Source of the DNA: Lama guanicoe
Lineage: Eukaryota
NCBI GenBank assembly: GCA_013239625.1
Contig: MU053376.1
Coordinates: 1,388,833 to 1,452,832, forward strand
Direction: 5' to 3'
Length of the DNA: 64,000 nucleotides
The notes under the pieces are model-generated. The model was not told the DNA's origin, searched no databases, and was given only the letters and a program-made list of their open reading frames with translations. This document shows positions 12,442-23,905 of the stretch, piece after piece. The first letter of the stretch is position 1. The number at the start of each line of letters is the position of its first letter. The translations under genes were made by a program, and so were the position numbers.

Positions 12442-15400
12442 TTTTCTGAAATGCCACTGAGTGTCTCTAATGTGCATAAATTCACTAGAAATATACAAAA
12501 CTGTCTTTGGGAACTTTAGAATCACAACACAAATGATGAGACCAGGGTGAAGCAGTGTCATCAGATGACCTGACACAGTGCCAGGTGTGAATGGAACTGA
12601 AGGGGTCATAGCAGCAGCCTGCAGTGACAGCTCCAGAACCCCAAGCCTCTGACTTGGCATCCTCTCCAAGTCTAAGTGACACATTGTAGGGAGAAAGCCA
12701 GAAACCATGCCATGTAAAGAGATACAACAGTCAGTTTTGCCTTTTTTGATCTCTAATATAGTATGTAATCTTCAAGGAATTCTTTGAGTGTAAAAAAAGA
12801 AAAACTCCAGTGTGAAAAACCGCCTAGTACCCTTTTACCATCTGGGCTCTTGGGCTTATTTTCCCCATCAAAATCTAAAGAAAAATCACTGTATCTGTAT
12901 TTTAACCACCAAAATGTAAAAAAAGTAAACCTATATTTGACCTCTGAAGAAGCTTAAGGTTGACCTTTTGAGGGTTTCTAGATTCTTCCATTATGTATAA
13001 ATTTTTTCAAATCAATAGAAGTTTCACCTTTGAACACACAAAATATGCCACGAGGAATACTACATCACAAAAGAAGTGTGACAAACCAAAAAGAAAACAG
13101 TGATTTTAGAAAGTACATGAAAATGCCCTCAGAGTGGAATGAACGCAGCGGCTCGCTGGCTGAGCGTGTGGCTCTGAGCCAGCGGTACATCCCTTCTCAA
13201 CCCCAAGGTGGCCGCTTAGAATCCGCCACAGGGGAGATAACTTACATCATGGAAAATCAGCAAATGCTACAATTTAAGGGTCTTTTTTACCCCTAAGGAG
13301 GGCCTGGTTGTTAAATGTTGCTCAGCATCCAACTGACTAGGTAAGGGCCAGGGCAAAAGAAAAGCTAAGTTGATCACCGTGTTAGTCTCAAAAACTCATT
13401 CAACATGCTCCCGTCTTCACTTGGGCCACTTTTGCCCACCAGCATTCATCCTGGCAAAGTGACTAGTGACGGACACCAGCTACGGCTACCAAATGTTAAG
13501 TCTCTCCAGTGAAGACTGATCTTAAGTTGGTATGTCACCTTTTGATGCTAAGAACTCTGTGGCTGCGCAAAAAAATACAGAGACTTTCCCAGGAAGGAGG
13601 TAGTTTACAAATAGAATGATCTGCCTCAAATACTTGCGCTAAGGCTGTAGCTTCATTTCATTTAAAAAGTGAACACACAAGCACACGCACACAAACACAC
13701 ACACCAGCTTCCCCACAACAGCTGATCTCAAAGAGTAATAAGCGGATGACCATCAACCCCCTAAGGCCCACGCCTCTCAGAGACTTCCGGGAGAGGCTCA
13801 GAGGCAGAGGACTCACTAAAACTAGTTCCTAGGAAGTTGCTTTGACTGAGTCTTCATGGTGCCCTTGGCTTCCCGGGCACTCCTGTGCTGACACGGTTAA
13901 TTATCAAAGATATCATCTGTGAAAACCAACCAATGGCTTTTCTCCTTTGATTCAAAAAGATACTCTTTTGTGCTTTCAAAATTTAAAATATCTCTACATT
14001 AAGCCATCAATATTTACTTATTTAATGTACAAAATGTTAAGTAACCTAATACAACTATTGCAAAGTGCTGCCGAGCAGTCTAATTTCAAACAGGCATGCA
14101 AACGAAATGATTCCGTGTCGGGGACAACACCCCGGACGTCTGCTCCCCATCACCACTGGACACTCCCCTGCAACACCACTATTGCACATCTCAGGAACAG
14201 AACTCTTCCGCTGGTGGCCACAAATGAACCAGTAACAGGTCTCCAACGCTACAAATATAAAGGCAGCTCCCTGAATCCCGTCCCTCTGCTACTAACGAAC
14301 TAGCACTGACGTCTTACACTAGAGTTCCTCTACACTGTATATAAACAAACTAAAGTGAACATTATACATCTGGACGATGCTGGTTTATAGCAGTGTCATG
14401 TTAAGCCCTCAAATCCTTACTCCCGCTTTCCATTTAGTTCAGGTGATTCAATTATAGGAACTATTTCTAGGGTTAAAAGACTAGCTCAGTGGGCAGAGTG
14501 GTTGGTGGTGCGGCATACCATCTAATCCTGGATTTTAAAGCCTCATTCTTCAAAAGACACCACTGTGATGTTGGTATTAATTCAGTTTGGGGGATCAGCA
14601 AATCTGCCTGGACCTGGCACTGATTACCCTATGGTAATATTTTATAAATTTGGTAGAGATGAAGGCCTAAGTTTTTCACTACAAAAATAAATAATCCAAT
14701 CCCTATGTATGAGCGCTTCCAAATGGATTCTGCTCCCAATTAAAAAAAAATTTTTTTTCAAAAAAGCGTATCTTCACCTCACCACAGACTTGGAGGCTTC
14801 ACTTTGCTTTTCATCTTCCTAATTAGATCGTTAAAACTATCACAGCCTCTAACAACCTTGAATTTAAAAGATAAACACAAAGTAGAAAACAGGATAAAAT
14901 GAACAGAAGAAAGGGTCCTTCACACTGGGTACCTTATACCTGGGAAAAGCCCCACTTGTTTCAAGTTATTCAATTGAATCTTTGATTCAGAGATGCCTCA
15001 AAATTTCAAGATCCAGGTTCATCCCCTCAAAAGCCATCATCTAGCAAGCTGTATTCCACAGGTGTGTGCTCACTCCACCCACAGAGCAGATGACATTCCT
15101 GTGCCAGAGACAGGGTCCCCTATTCTCACTGATTGTTCCAAACACTGTCTTACGCCTCAGGCTCAAAGGTCTTCCTATGTGGGAATAAACTAGCTCCATG
15201 CTCTGCTGACAGGTTCAGACAAGATCACACATACGGCTAGGAGACCCAGCCTGAGTAAACGTAAGCAAGACGCCTTTCTGTGGAGGTGCTTATGTGTGTT
15301 ACAGCTGACAGCCAAACAGAGCCTCCCCAACAGTCCTGCTCCAATCTTACTTTGTGTGAACAGGAATGATTCTTCTCCCTCCACTACTTACGCACAACTC

Positions 15401-15838
15401 ATTCTTAGTATTCAACAAAGCATATGGCCAATTTCATTTAACTTATATTTCTTTAAATAATATACTCAAAGCATAAATTTTTCCTGGCTAAAGGGTCCCA
15501 GTAAGGCAGAAGGAGTAACTTTGTTCTTAGCTGCTCTTGCAAAGCATAGCTAGCTGCTAAACCCCACCAAAAATGTAACACAAAATCCAAAACATTTTTA
15601 AAAAAGAAAGAAAAAGAGGGAAGTGGAGTTTGGACTCCAATTAAGGCATTTTTACACAGTCTGACTTGAGTCCTCTTCAAAGAGAATCCTAAAAAAGCAT
15701 TTTAATGGAGAATGGCAAAAATCACCGCAGTCTATTATCAGCACTGTGGAAGTATCAACCGCTCACTTTGAATGTAATCACGGTGAAAGTCTCTCTGTCT
15801 TGTTATTTCTTGGTTCTCTCATTCCACAAGCGCACAGG

Positions 15839-15937
15839 TCATGTTTTCTGTAGATCTGGGGAAAATGGGCCAGGGGTGGAGGGGCCATCCAGGCCAGAAA
15901 GAGTGAATGGCCCATGACTGTTCAGCACAGAAGGAAA
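15839..15937 (-). CDS. ELK4: ELK4 terminal coding exon (exon 5)
   Basis: ttttctttctcag|TTT acceptor; 99 bp. Encodes FPSVLNSHGPFTLSGLDGPSTPGPFSPDLQKT followed by TGA. Confidence 0.96.
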   Translation of the reverse strand, partial: FPSVLNSHGPFTLSGLDGPSTPGPFSPDLQKT

Positions 15938-17355
15938 CTGAGAAAGAAAATGACACACATTATCATCCTATTACACAACCCCACATTTCACTATTATATT
16001 CCCTGAGGCAGAACGTGACAGCCACCTGCAGTGACTTGCAGGACAAAGGCAGTCATTGTTTATCATGGAAGAATATGATGACACAAAAACTTGAAAGAAA
16101 AAAGTTGTTTGTCTTAAATGTTACATATTAACACACTCCCCAGCCTACCTGGATGGAACGGAAAGAACAAACCTATACCTTCTCTCAGATCCTAAGGAAC
16201 ACAGGTTTACACTTAACTTCACAGGAAGGTTTTAGAAAGTCCAGTGAATGACAGCATGCACTACAGAGCATAATTCGGTTATAAAGCAAATCACAGACTG
16301 CCAATAAGAGGCCCAGAAGGAGATGCCCGTCTCCTCACTCTGTGTATAACTAGATGTAAAACTAGATGTTTAGATGTAGGGTGCTCATCAGGGAAAAGGG
16401 CTCCCAACATGCATTCTGAGACCACGTCTCTATGGGGACGTCAGGCTGAAGCTACTCGAGCACTGTGACTTTGCTGAAGGTCACAGATCTCTCTCTTAAC
16501 TCAATTATCTGTCTGTGAGAGGCAAAGAAAAATGTAAAAATGAAATATGGAAAATTCTCAACATTTTCTCAAATGAATAATTGAGAACTTCTTGCAAAGA
16601 AGAAAAAAATTGTCAAAGTAAAAAGATTTTTAATGTTCTTTCTTTTTTTTCCCCCCTTACCACTTCATTTCCAAAAGAATAAATGAGAAGTTAAATTACA
16701 AAATCTAAGAAAACCTCCCAGGGAATCACCCTCAAATAAGTGAATTGAACCAGCTACAAGAAATTCTACAAGTTATAAAGTCTAGATGCTTTGGGCAAAA
16801 TGGTGGTTTAAAGCTGTGAGGCCTTTCCTAAGATCCTGATTAAGAGATAGTATAATATATATATATTTAAAATGTTGACAAGTATCAATTCTGAGTGAGG
16901 GGGAAAAGGGAGTATTTGAAATACTTTTCTCAAGAGTTTTCTCTATTTTTCATCACTCCTCAGTTAAAAGGGGAAACCTGTGTGCAGAGTTCCCCCCCTA
17001 AAATACATACGTACACAGAAATATGCTTTTTTCCCTAGAAAAGAGGATTTCTAGCATTTAAAATGACAAAAAATAATTGGGTGGGCTCAAAATCTACTGC
17101 AGTATTGAACAATTCTTGGTCTAATTCAAATGCATGAAATAGGAAATAACGCAAAGGAAATTCTACTGTGAATATTTATCTAAGTTGTTTGCTGGCCGGA
17201 AAGTTAACACTGAGAAATTCAAAAGTAAATCTAAAGAACACTCATTAAGTGGAAGTTTTACCGAGATTAAACGGAAGAGTGGATACGCCCTTTCACCTCT
17301 TCCTTCATTTACCACGCCCCAGTTACAAAAGACAACAAGCTTTTATGCAATTTAC

Positions 17356-17472
17356 CTGGAAAAGTGTGTTAGCACCTTGCAGTCTGGCTGGACTTAGGGG
17401 AGCAACAGGGCTCAGAGTACTCCAAAAGTGGATACTGGAGAGCAAGGGGCTGGGGGTCAGTAAGATGGGCGT
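17356..17472 (-). CDS. ELK4: ELK4 exon 4 (C-box transactivation domain with MAPK S/T-P sites)
   Basis: attgcag|ACG acceptor and CAG|gtaaat donor; 117 bp. Encodes [39 protein letters not shown]. Confidence 0.96.
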
Positions 17473-18221
17473 CTGCAATATACAGAACAAAAATAGAACT
17501 AAATGGCTTATCAGGATTGTGTTTTACCCTCATAATGATACACAAATAACCCTGAACCCAAATATTGTCTTCTTCTCCACTCCAAATATTTCCACGTCTG
17601 AAATTTTACCATGATGAAAAAAACCTCAGAATTTACTTTTACAACCCAGGAAAGATAAAGATCAAAATATTTTCTTACCTGTTTTTGTAGGATCTTTTTT
17701 AAACAGAAAAACCAATCTGAATTCAGGTGCAGAGAAATAATGGGTAACTGAGTCATATACAGTTTCGCTTTAATAACAAGAAGGTCTGGGAGTAATCTAT
17801 TTAAATGTTACCTGAGATGAGCAAGTTAAGAAATATCTCATGTAACTGTACAAATTTGGTACTCAACATCACACCATTTTTCTTAAGGTCCTCAGGGTCT
17901 GTTTTCTAACTTGAGATTACTGCTGTTTGGTATAAGACCAAAAAGGAGAGAAAAAAAAAAGTACTCTCTTTAAGAGAAAGTGGAAAAAACCTAAACATTT
18001 GTTTACTTGTAGAACAATGAATTTTTTAACACAACATTCCAAACCTTTTATTTTGACAATCCTAATGAGGTGAGGAATTGGGTTACCTTCACAGAACCAT
18101 ACATAACCTCCCTAAGACAAAGCTACGCAGTGAATGAGAACTTGAGGTTAATAAATTCTGGACTTGTTTTAAAAGGTGAGTAAGAGCAAACAATGGTGGC
18201 GCTGAAAAGAAAGAGTGTTAC

Positions 18222-19094
18222 CTGTGAAAAAAGTGCTGGCGTGAGAGAAGCTGTAGGGAGAGAAGGGCTCAATATCCCCAGTGGGCTTGGATCACTGCCT
18301 GTGATCACGAGGGTCGGGGCCAGCTCTAGCCCTTTGGGTTTCTTGGACCTTGATGAATTATTTGTTTTGTTCTTTTCTGGCAAAACTGAATCCTGGTCTT
18401 TAGGCTCCAGTGACGAGTTCTCTGGAAGTTCCATTGGCTGAGAAGCCACTGACTTCATGTCTGTGTCCATGTCTGGGTTGGAACTCAGTGGTGGTGAAGG
18501 TGTTCTAGGAGGTTCCTGCAAAGGGGATACAGATGAAATAGGAGGGGTGGTGGTAAAGGCCGTAGTTACACTGGATGCAGGAGCTGGGGCTTCCAGCGAA
18601 GGCAGTTTGGGGGAAGCCAAGGTTTCTAACACTTGGATAGTTTCTTCTGAAGATGGAGAAATACTTGGGCCAGTTGAAATGGCGGCAGCAAGAGGTTCAA
18701 CTGGTGGCTTTTTGGAAGGTGTTGTTACAAATTTGATAACAGATGGTGCTGGCTCCTGAGATTTTTTCTCTGCCAATTTCTCAGCCGGATTCTCAACCTT
18801 TATAGATTTGAAAAGCTTCCTATTGGAGGAGTTCAAAGAGTTGAGGGTAAATGAAGAATACAAGCCGGAGTGTATGTAGTCATTGCGGCTAGAGGTCTTG
18901 GCACCAGGCTGGGGAGGCTTCTCTTTCCCCGCACTCTCCACATCTTTGGAACTGCTGCTGCTGATTTCGCTGATGCTTAAAGCTTCACAGTCTCCCTCAA
19001 CCCTGCCCACTGTCATTGGATCCATGTTCAGAATCTCTGGGTATGAGACAAACTTGTACACAAACTTCTGACCATTCACTTTTTTAATGATATT
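18222..19094 (-). CDS. ELK4: ELK4 exon 3 (ETS domain C-terminus, SRF-binding B-box, D-domain)
   Basis: tttacag|AAT acceptor and CAG|gtaaca donor; 873 bp, phase 0. Contains NIIKKVNGQKFVYKFV, SRNDYIHSGLYSSFTLNSL and KKPKGLEL. Confidence 0.97.
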
Positions 19095-19796
19095 CTGTAA
19101 ATAAATAAAATAGGCATTCTTATACTTTCTTATAAACTTACCCCCCCAACGGCTCAGGAAAAAGATGACCTAATGAGGTTCTCTGTTTGATAAGTAGTTT
19201 ACTTGAAAGCTTCAAAATCATCCAAATTCATCTAGCCATATCAACAGTTCCTACGATAATGGAGTCCAAGTTAAAAACATTTAAATGTCTTATTAACAAT
19301 GGAACTGATACATTACATAAAAGCTGAGAGATTTTAATTGCTAAACACTGTCAACCAAATATCTGTGTGAAGTCAAAAACCGCTGAACTGCAACTCAAAT
19401 AATTGCAAAGGTACAAGCCTTTCACATCCTGAGTAAGCCAAAAGGAATTTAGAACATTAGTTCTGCTAAGGCTCCTACTTCCTTCAGAAACCCCAGTTGT
19501 TTCTTATCTCGTATCTCCATACAGGAAAGCTGATAGTATCAACCACTTACAGATGAAAGAAATTAAGATCCCAGCTTCTCATTCTAATTCTATCCACTTG
19601 AGCCATTTATTTTACCTCAGGGCCCAAGAATGTATTCAAAATAAGAAGAAATTTAAAAAATAAATTTTAACTAAGAAATCAAATCTAAGTATTAACAGTT
19701 ATTCTTTACGGTATTAATTTGTGTTCTGGGTTAAACTAAAAAGTAAAAATTAAGTAAAGCTAAAAAACAAAGAACTATGTGACAAATTTTTTTCAC

Positions 19797-19888
19797 TTTT
19801 TTTTTTTTAATGGAGGTACAGAGGATTGAACCCAGGACCTCATGCATGCTAAGCATATGCTCTATCACTGAGCTATTACCCATGCCCC
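19797..19888 (-). mobile_element. tRNA-Ala-derived SINE (camelid vic-1-like), short form
   Basis: Reverse strand reads tagctcagtgatagagcatatgcttagcatgcatgaggtcctgggttcaatcc followed by poly(A). A and B boxes are visible. Confidence 0.85.
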
Positions 19889-20147
19889 AGATGAGACAAT
19901 TTTTAAAGTAAATTGACAGAAACAAGAGTATTTATTTATACTTAAGAATCTCAAATTTCCTTTTCCTTATTCCACCTCTATCCTCATTTCTTCTTTAAAG
20001 ACAATTACAATTAGGAGTGAAATAAATGCAGTAGGAGTGGGGTACTGAATAAGAATTTACAGAAATACAGCTAGAACATTTACATCTTTCACTCTAATTC
20101 CAAACTGCTGAAGGTAGAAAATAAATTGGATAAATAAACCAGAACAG

Positions 20148-20242
20148 TGATCATTTCACAATGTATACAAATATTGCATCATTATACTGTATACAGGAAA
20201 CAAATATAATCTTGTATGTCCATTATACCTCAATTTAAAAAA
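20148..20242 (+). mobile_element. L1 (L1MA/MB-type) extreme 3' fragment
   Basis: tgatcatttcacaatgtataca...tatgtccattatacctcaatttaaaaa matches the L1 3' terminus. Confidence 0.7.
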
Positions 20243-20330
20243 CTTCTTTTAATAAATAAATAAACCAGGACATTAGTACCCCTAACCTCAACAGAAGAGA
20301 AGGAAAAATTCTTGAAGTGGAGCGTATTAC

Positions 20331-20537
20331 CTTTACATAATAGTATCTGAGGGCGCGGCTGAGTTTGTCATAATTCATATTAGGCTTGTTCTTTCGAATC
20401 CCCCAGAGACGAGCCACCTCTTCCGCCTGCAAAAGCTTGAACTCCCCATTATTAGAGGTCCAGCAGATCATGTGATCGTTCTGAGGCTCCTTCAGGAGCT
20501 GAAGGAGGAACTGCCACAGGGTGATAGCACTGTCCAT
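20331..20537 (-). CDS. ELK4: ELK4 exon 2, first coding exon (ETS domain N-terminus); exon starts at 20546
   Basis: ctttcag|CTCATTGCT-ATG and donor AAG|gtaata. Encodes [15 protein letters not shown]...[16 protein letters not shown]. The four coding exons total 431 aa. Confidence 0.98.
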
Positions 20538-20574
20538 AGCAATGAGCTGAAAGAGGCATCAGATAAGATACACA

Positions 20575-20800
20575 ATTAACAGCCAACACTTACATAACAC
20601 TGTATGTCAGGCACTGTTTTAAGTCCTCTAACTGTATTACTTTATTTCGTCCCCCCAACCATTCTCTAAGACAGATACTACTGCAGCCTCATTACTTGTG
20701 GGAAAAAACTGATCCATAAGAGTTAAGTAAACTGTCCAAAGTCACAACAGTAAACGGTGGAGCTGAGATTGAAACCCAGGCAATCTAGATCCAGAGTCCA
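20575..20800 (-). mobile_element. MIR SINE
   Basis: tatgtcaggcactgttttaag...gttaagtaa..gtccaaagtcaca...gaaacccaggcaatctagatccagagtcc. Confidence 0.75.
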
Positions 20801-20836
20801 AACTCAAGAATGACAAGCCACTTAAGAAAAATCTTG

Positions 20837-21002
20837 AGGGGAGGTATAGATCAAGTGGTAGAGCACATGCTTAGCATGCAAGAGGTCCTGGGTTCAATCC
20901 CCAGTACCTCCTAAAAATAAATAAACCTAGTTACCTCCCCCCTCTAATAAAAAACAATTAAGTAAATACAATGATAAGTAAAATATTTTTTTCAAAAAAA
21001 GA
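20837..21002 (+). mobile_element. tRNA-Ala-derived SINE (vic-1-like) with target-site duplication
   Basis: tRNA-Ala(AGC)-like head and A-rich tail. Perfect 13-bp TSD aagaaaaatcttg at 20824-20836 and 21003-21015. Confidence 0.9.
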
Positions 21003-21479
21003 AAGAAAAATCTTGCTGGGAGATAAAGCTAGTTGCATAAATGATAGGAGCAGACTGATGAATGCCAATCAATAGAGTATCACTGTTATTAAATTTTATC
21101 TTAAAAACTCATTGTCACATTCTCTGAGAAGACCACCATCTCAGCATCTGTCTAAGTTAGTCCAGTTGGTTTCTGTGCCAGGACATGTATGTGTGTGTCT
21201 CAGGGTGGCCTGGAGGTATACGGAACAAACTACTTTTGCCCCGCTGGTATTTCTCCTCCACATGGTTTCCATTATCATAAGCGTAATTTACATATAAATT
21301 GGCAGCACTGAAAATTCAGCAAAATGTTCTCTACTTTACAATTCTGTCACCATTTTGTCCACAGGAATTCCATTTGCGTAGACCTTCCTTTTGCTTGATT
21401 AGCAACCTTTATGTGATTATCAAGACCTGAACTGAGAAATCTTTCAACAGTTCAACTTTTAGGATCTTCCTGTTTAGGC

Positions 21480-21695
21480 CAGAGTTTCTTAACTTAAGCA
21501 CTATTGATATTTTGGGCCAGATAATTCTTTGTTCCTAGAGGCTGTCCTTGTGCACTGTATGCAGTGTTAACCACACCTCTGGCCTCTACCCATTAGATGC
21601 CAGTAGCACATCCTGCTCAATTTGACAATCAAAATGTCTCTAGACATTGCCAAATGTTCTCCTGGGGCACAAATCATCTCAGTTAATAACCACTG
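21480..21695. mobile_element. MER20 hAT-Charlie DNA transposon
   Basis: Termini cagagtttcttaac and gttaataaccactg. Interior ttgggccagataattctttgtt, tagatgccagtagcac and gacattgccaaatg. Degenerate 8-bp TSD gtttaggc/gtttacac. Confidence 0.85.
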
Positions 21696-21949
21696 GTTTA
21701 CACAATGTAGCAAGCAGCAAGGAAATGTTCTCAGTTGTTTTCCTCACAAAAACTTCAAACACCTTGTTTATAAGGAAGAGTTCTGTAGAACAGAAACTCC
21801 AGCCAAATACATATAAGCACGTCCTAAGAGGTCTATAATGGGACTTTACACACAAAAAATCAAAAAGCCTTCCTTTATCTACAAATTAGATCCCAATGGA
21901 TCAGGACAGGACTTGAAGACAAACCAAAACCATTAAAATACTATAAAAC

Positions 21950-22880
21950 AGGTAAACTGGACTACATCAAAATTTAAAACTTTCGTGCTACAAATAATAC
22001 CACCACGTGAGAAGATAATCCTTGGAATGTGAGAAATTATTTTCAAATAATAAGGGACTTATCAAAACTATATAAAGAATTCTTATGATTAGAAAAAAAT
22101 TGAAAATTGACAAAGGACTTGAAAAGACATCTCTCCAAAAAGATATATAAATGGCCAATAAGCACATGAAAAGATGCTCAACATCATTAGTTGTTAGGTA
22201 GATAAAAATCAAAACCACCTAAGATACCACTTCACACCTACTAGGATGGATATAATCAAAAAGACAGATGACATGTGTTGGTGAGAATGTGGAGAAAGTG
22301 AAACCCTCATATGCTGCTGGTGGGAATGTAAAATGGTGCGGCCACTTTGGAAAACAGTTTGACAGTTCCTCAAATACTAAACAGAGTTACCATACGACCC
22401 GATAATTCCATTCTTAGGTATATGCCCTAGAGAAATGAAACTGTACGTCGACACAGACACTTGTACAAGTATGCTCTTGTGGTATGCTCATGATGGTATT
22501 CATAGTATCCAAAAAGGAGAAACCACCTTAATGCCATCAACTGTGGAAAAGCAAAATGTAGTATAACCACAGAGTGAAGTATTAGCCAGAAAAAGCAATG
22601 AAGTACTGATGTGGGCTCCTTTAATGGATGAATCTTGAAAATATCATGCTAAGTGGAAGAAGCCAGCCACAAAAGACCACTCGTTGTATGATTCCATTTG
22701 TATGAAAGGTCCAGAATAGGCAAAGAACGTAGATTAGCAGTTGCTTAGGAAAAATATTCTAAATTTAGATTGTGGCAGTGGTATACAACTCTGTGAATAT
22801 ACTAAAACCACTGAACTGTACGCATTAAGTAGGTGAATTTTAATGGTATGTGAATTATATCTCAATAAAGATATCAAAAA
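21950..22880 (+). mobile_element. L1 (L1MB-type) ORF2 3' end and 3'UTR, decayed
   Basis: aatggccaataagcacatgaaaagatgctcaacatcattag and ggtgggaatgtaaaatggt; ends tgaattatatctcaataaa. Confidence 0.88.
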
Positions 22881-23670
22881 CAAACAGTACAAACAATACA
22901 AAAGTTAGGCCTGAGAAACCTAACTCTAACCATGTTTAACTCAGAGAGGATGGGATCCTTAAAGATCAACTATGCCTGCTTCCAAAATGGGCTGAGACAA
23001 GGAACAGTACTGGAAAGCATCTGCATTTCTATAACTTTTCTGAGACACACAGAATGTCCTCCAGTTATCACTGTGAAGCTGGTTGTACAGATACTGTCAT
23101 CCAGAAATAGAGATGGGAAAATAATAAAGAAGAAAAAGGGGGAGATGCCTCCCATAATGAGAGTTAATGGAGAAACTGAGGCCATGAAGCCAAGTCTCTT
23201 TCATCACAGTCATGTACTCTGTTCATTAGGGATACCACTTCCCCAGAAGGATAAAAGCATTCAGATCACCAGTGGGTTGTAAAGAAGTATTACATTATTA
23301 GATACTGTGACAATAATCTACAAATATGAAGTGTTACTTTAACGCTAAATAACCATGCCCACTGGAAATCATAGTTTCCTATAGCCTCACCTGAGCTGTT
23401 AAAAGTTAAATGGTGGTTTGTTTATTATATCCATCAAGTACCAGGTGGGGAGGGAGAAGATGCCCTGCCATTTCCCAAATTTACCAAAGAGGCTTTTCTT
23501 CTGATGATCCCTACCCATGGCAAGTTAGTTTTTAACTACAGATGTTTTCCATTTAAACAATTATTTGATAGTCTAATAAATCTGTTACTCCCCAGTAAAT
23601 TTCAGCTTAACCAAAGAACTCAGTCTCTGCATTTTCAGATATCATCTTCATATCAAGAATGCTTATAGGA

Positions 23671-23802
23671 GGGGGGGAGGGTACAGCTCAGTGGTAGAGT
23701 GTGTGTGTAGCATGCATGAGGTCCTGGGTTCTGGAAGAAAGAAGTTAAACAGATAAATGATTTTTATAAATAAGCAAATAAACCTAACCCCCCCCCCAAA
23801 AA
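23671..23802 (+). mobile_element. tRNA-Ala-derived SINE (vic-1-like) with TSD
   Basis: gggtacagctcagtggtagag...gaggtcctgggttc. 16-bp TSD aagaatgcttatagga (23655-23670) and aagactgcttatagga (23803-23818), one mismatch. Confidence 0.85.
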
Positions 23803-23837
23803 AAGACTGCTTATAGGAGAGTGTATATGTGTGAGAA

Positions 23838-23905
23838 AGATGATGACGATGACAGTGATGATGATGATGCTGGAAGGAGGAGAGGGAGGAGGAAAGAAGA
23901 AAGAC
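23838..23905 (+). repeat. Imperfect (GAT)n plus GA-rich low-complexity tract
   Basis: gatgatgacgatgacagtgatgatgatgat followed by ggaggagagggaggaggaaagaagaaag. Confidence 0.7.

Larger units (their letters stand above)
7915..15838 (-). other. ELK4: ELK4 long 3'UTR (~7.9 kb)
   Basis: Repeat-poor AT-rich sequence downstream of the stop, ending near the AATAAA at 7936-7941. Mammalian ELK4 is known to have a multi-kb 3'UTR. The end is inferred. Confidence 0.65.

Noticed and set aside
20838..20912. Apparent tRNA-Ala(AGC) gene (also near 19810, 23675 and 42820)
   Set aside because: A-rich tails, target-site duplications and broken stems show these are SINE heads, not tRNA genes.
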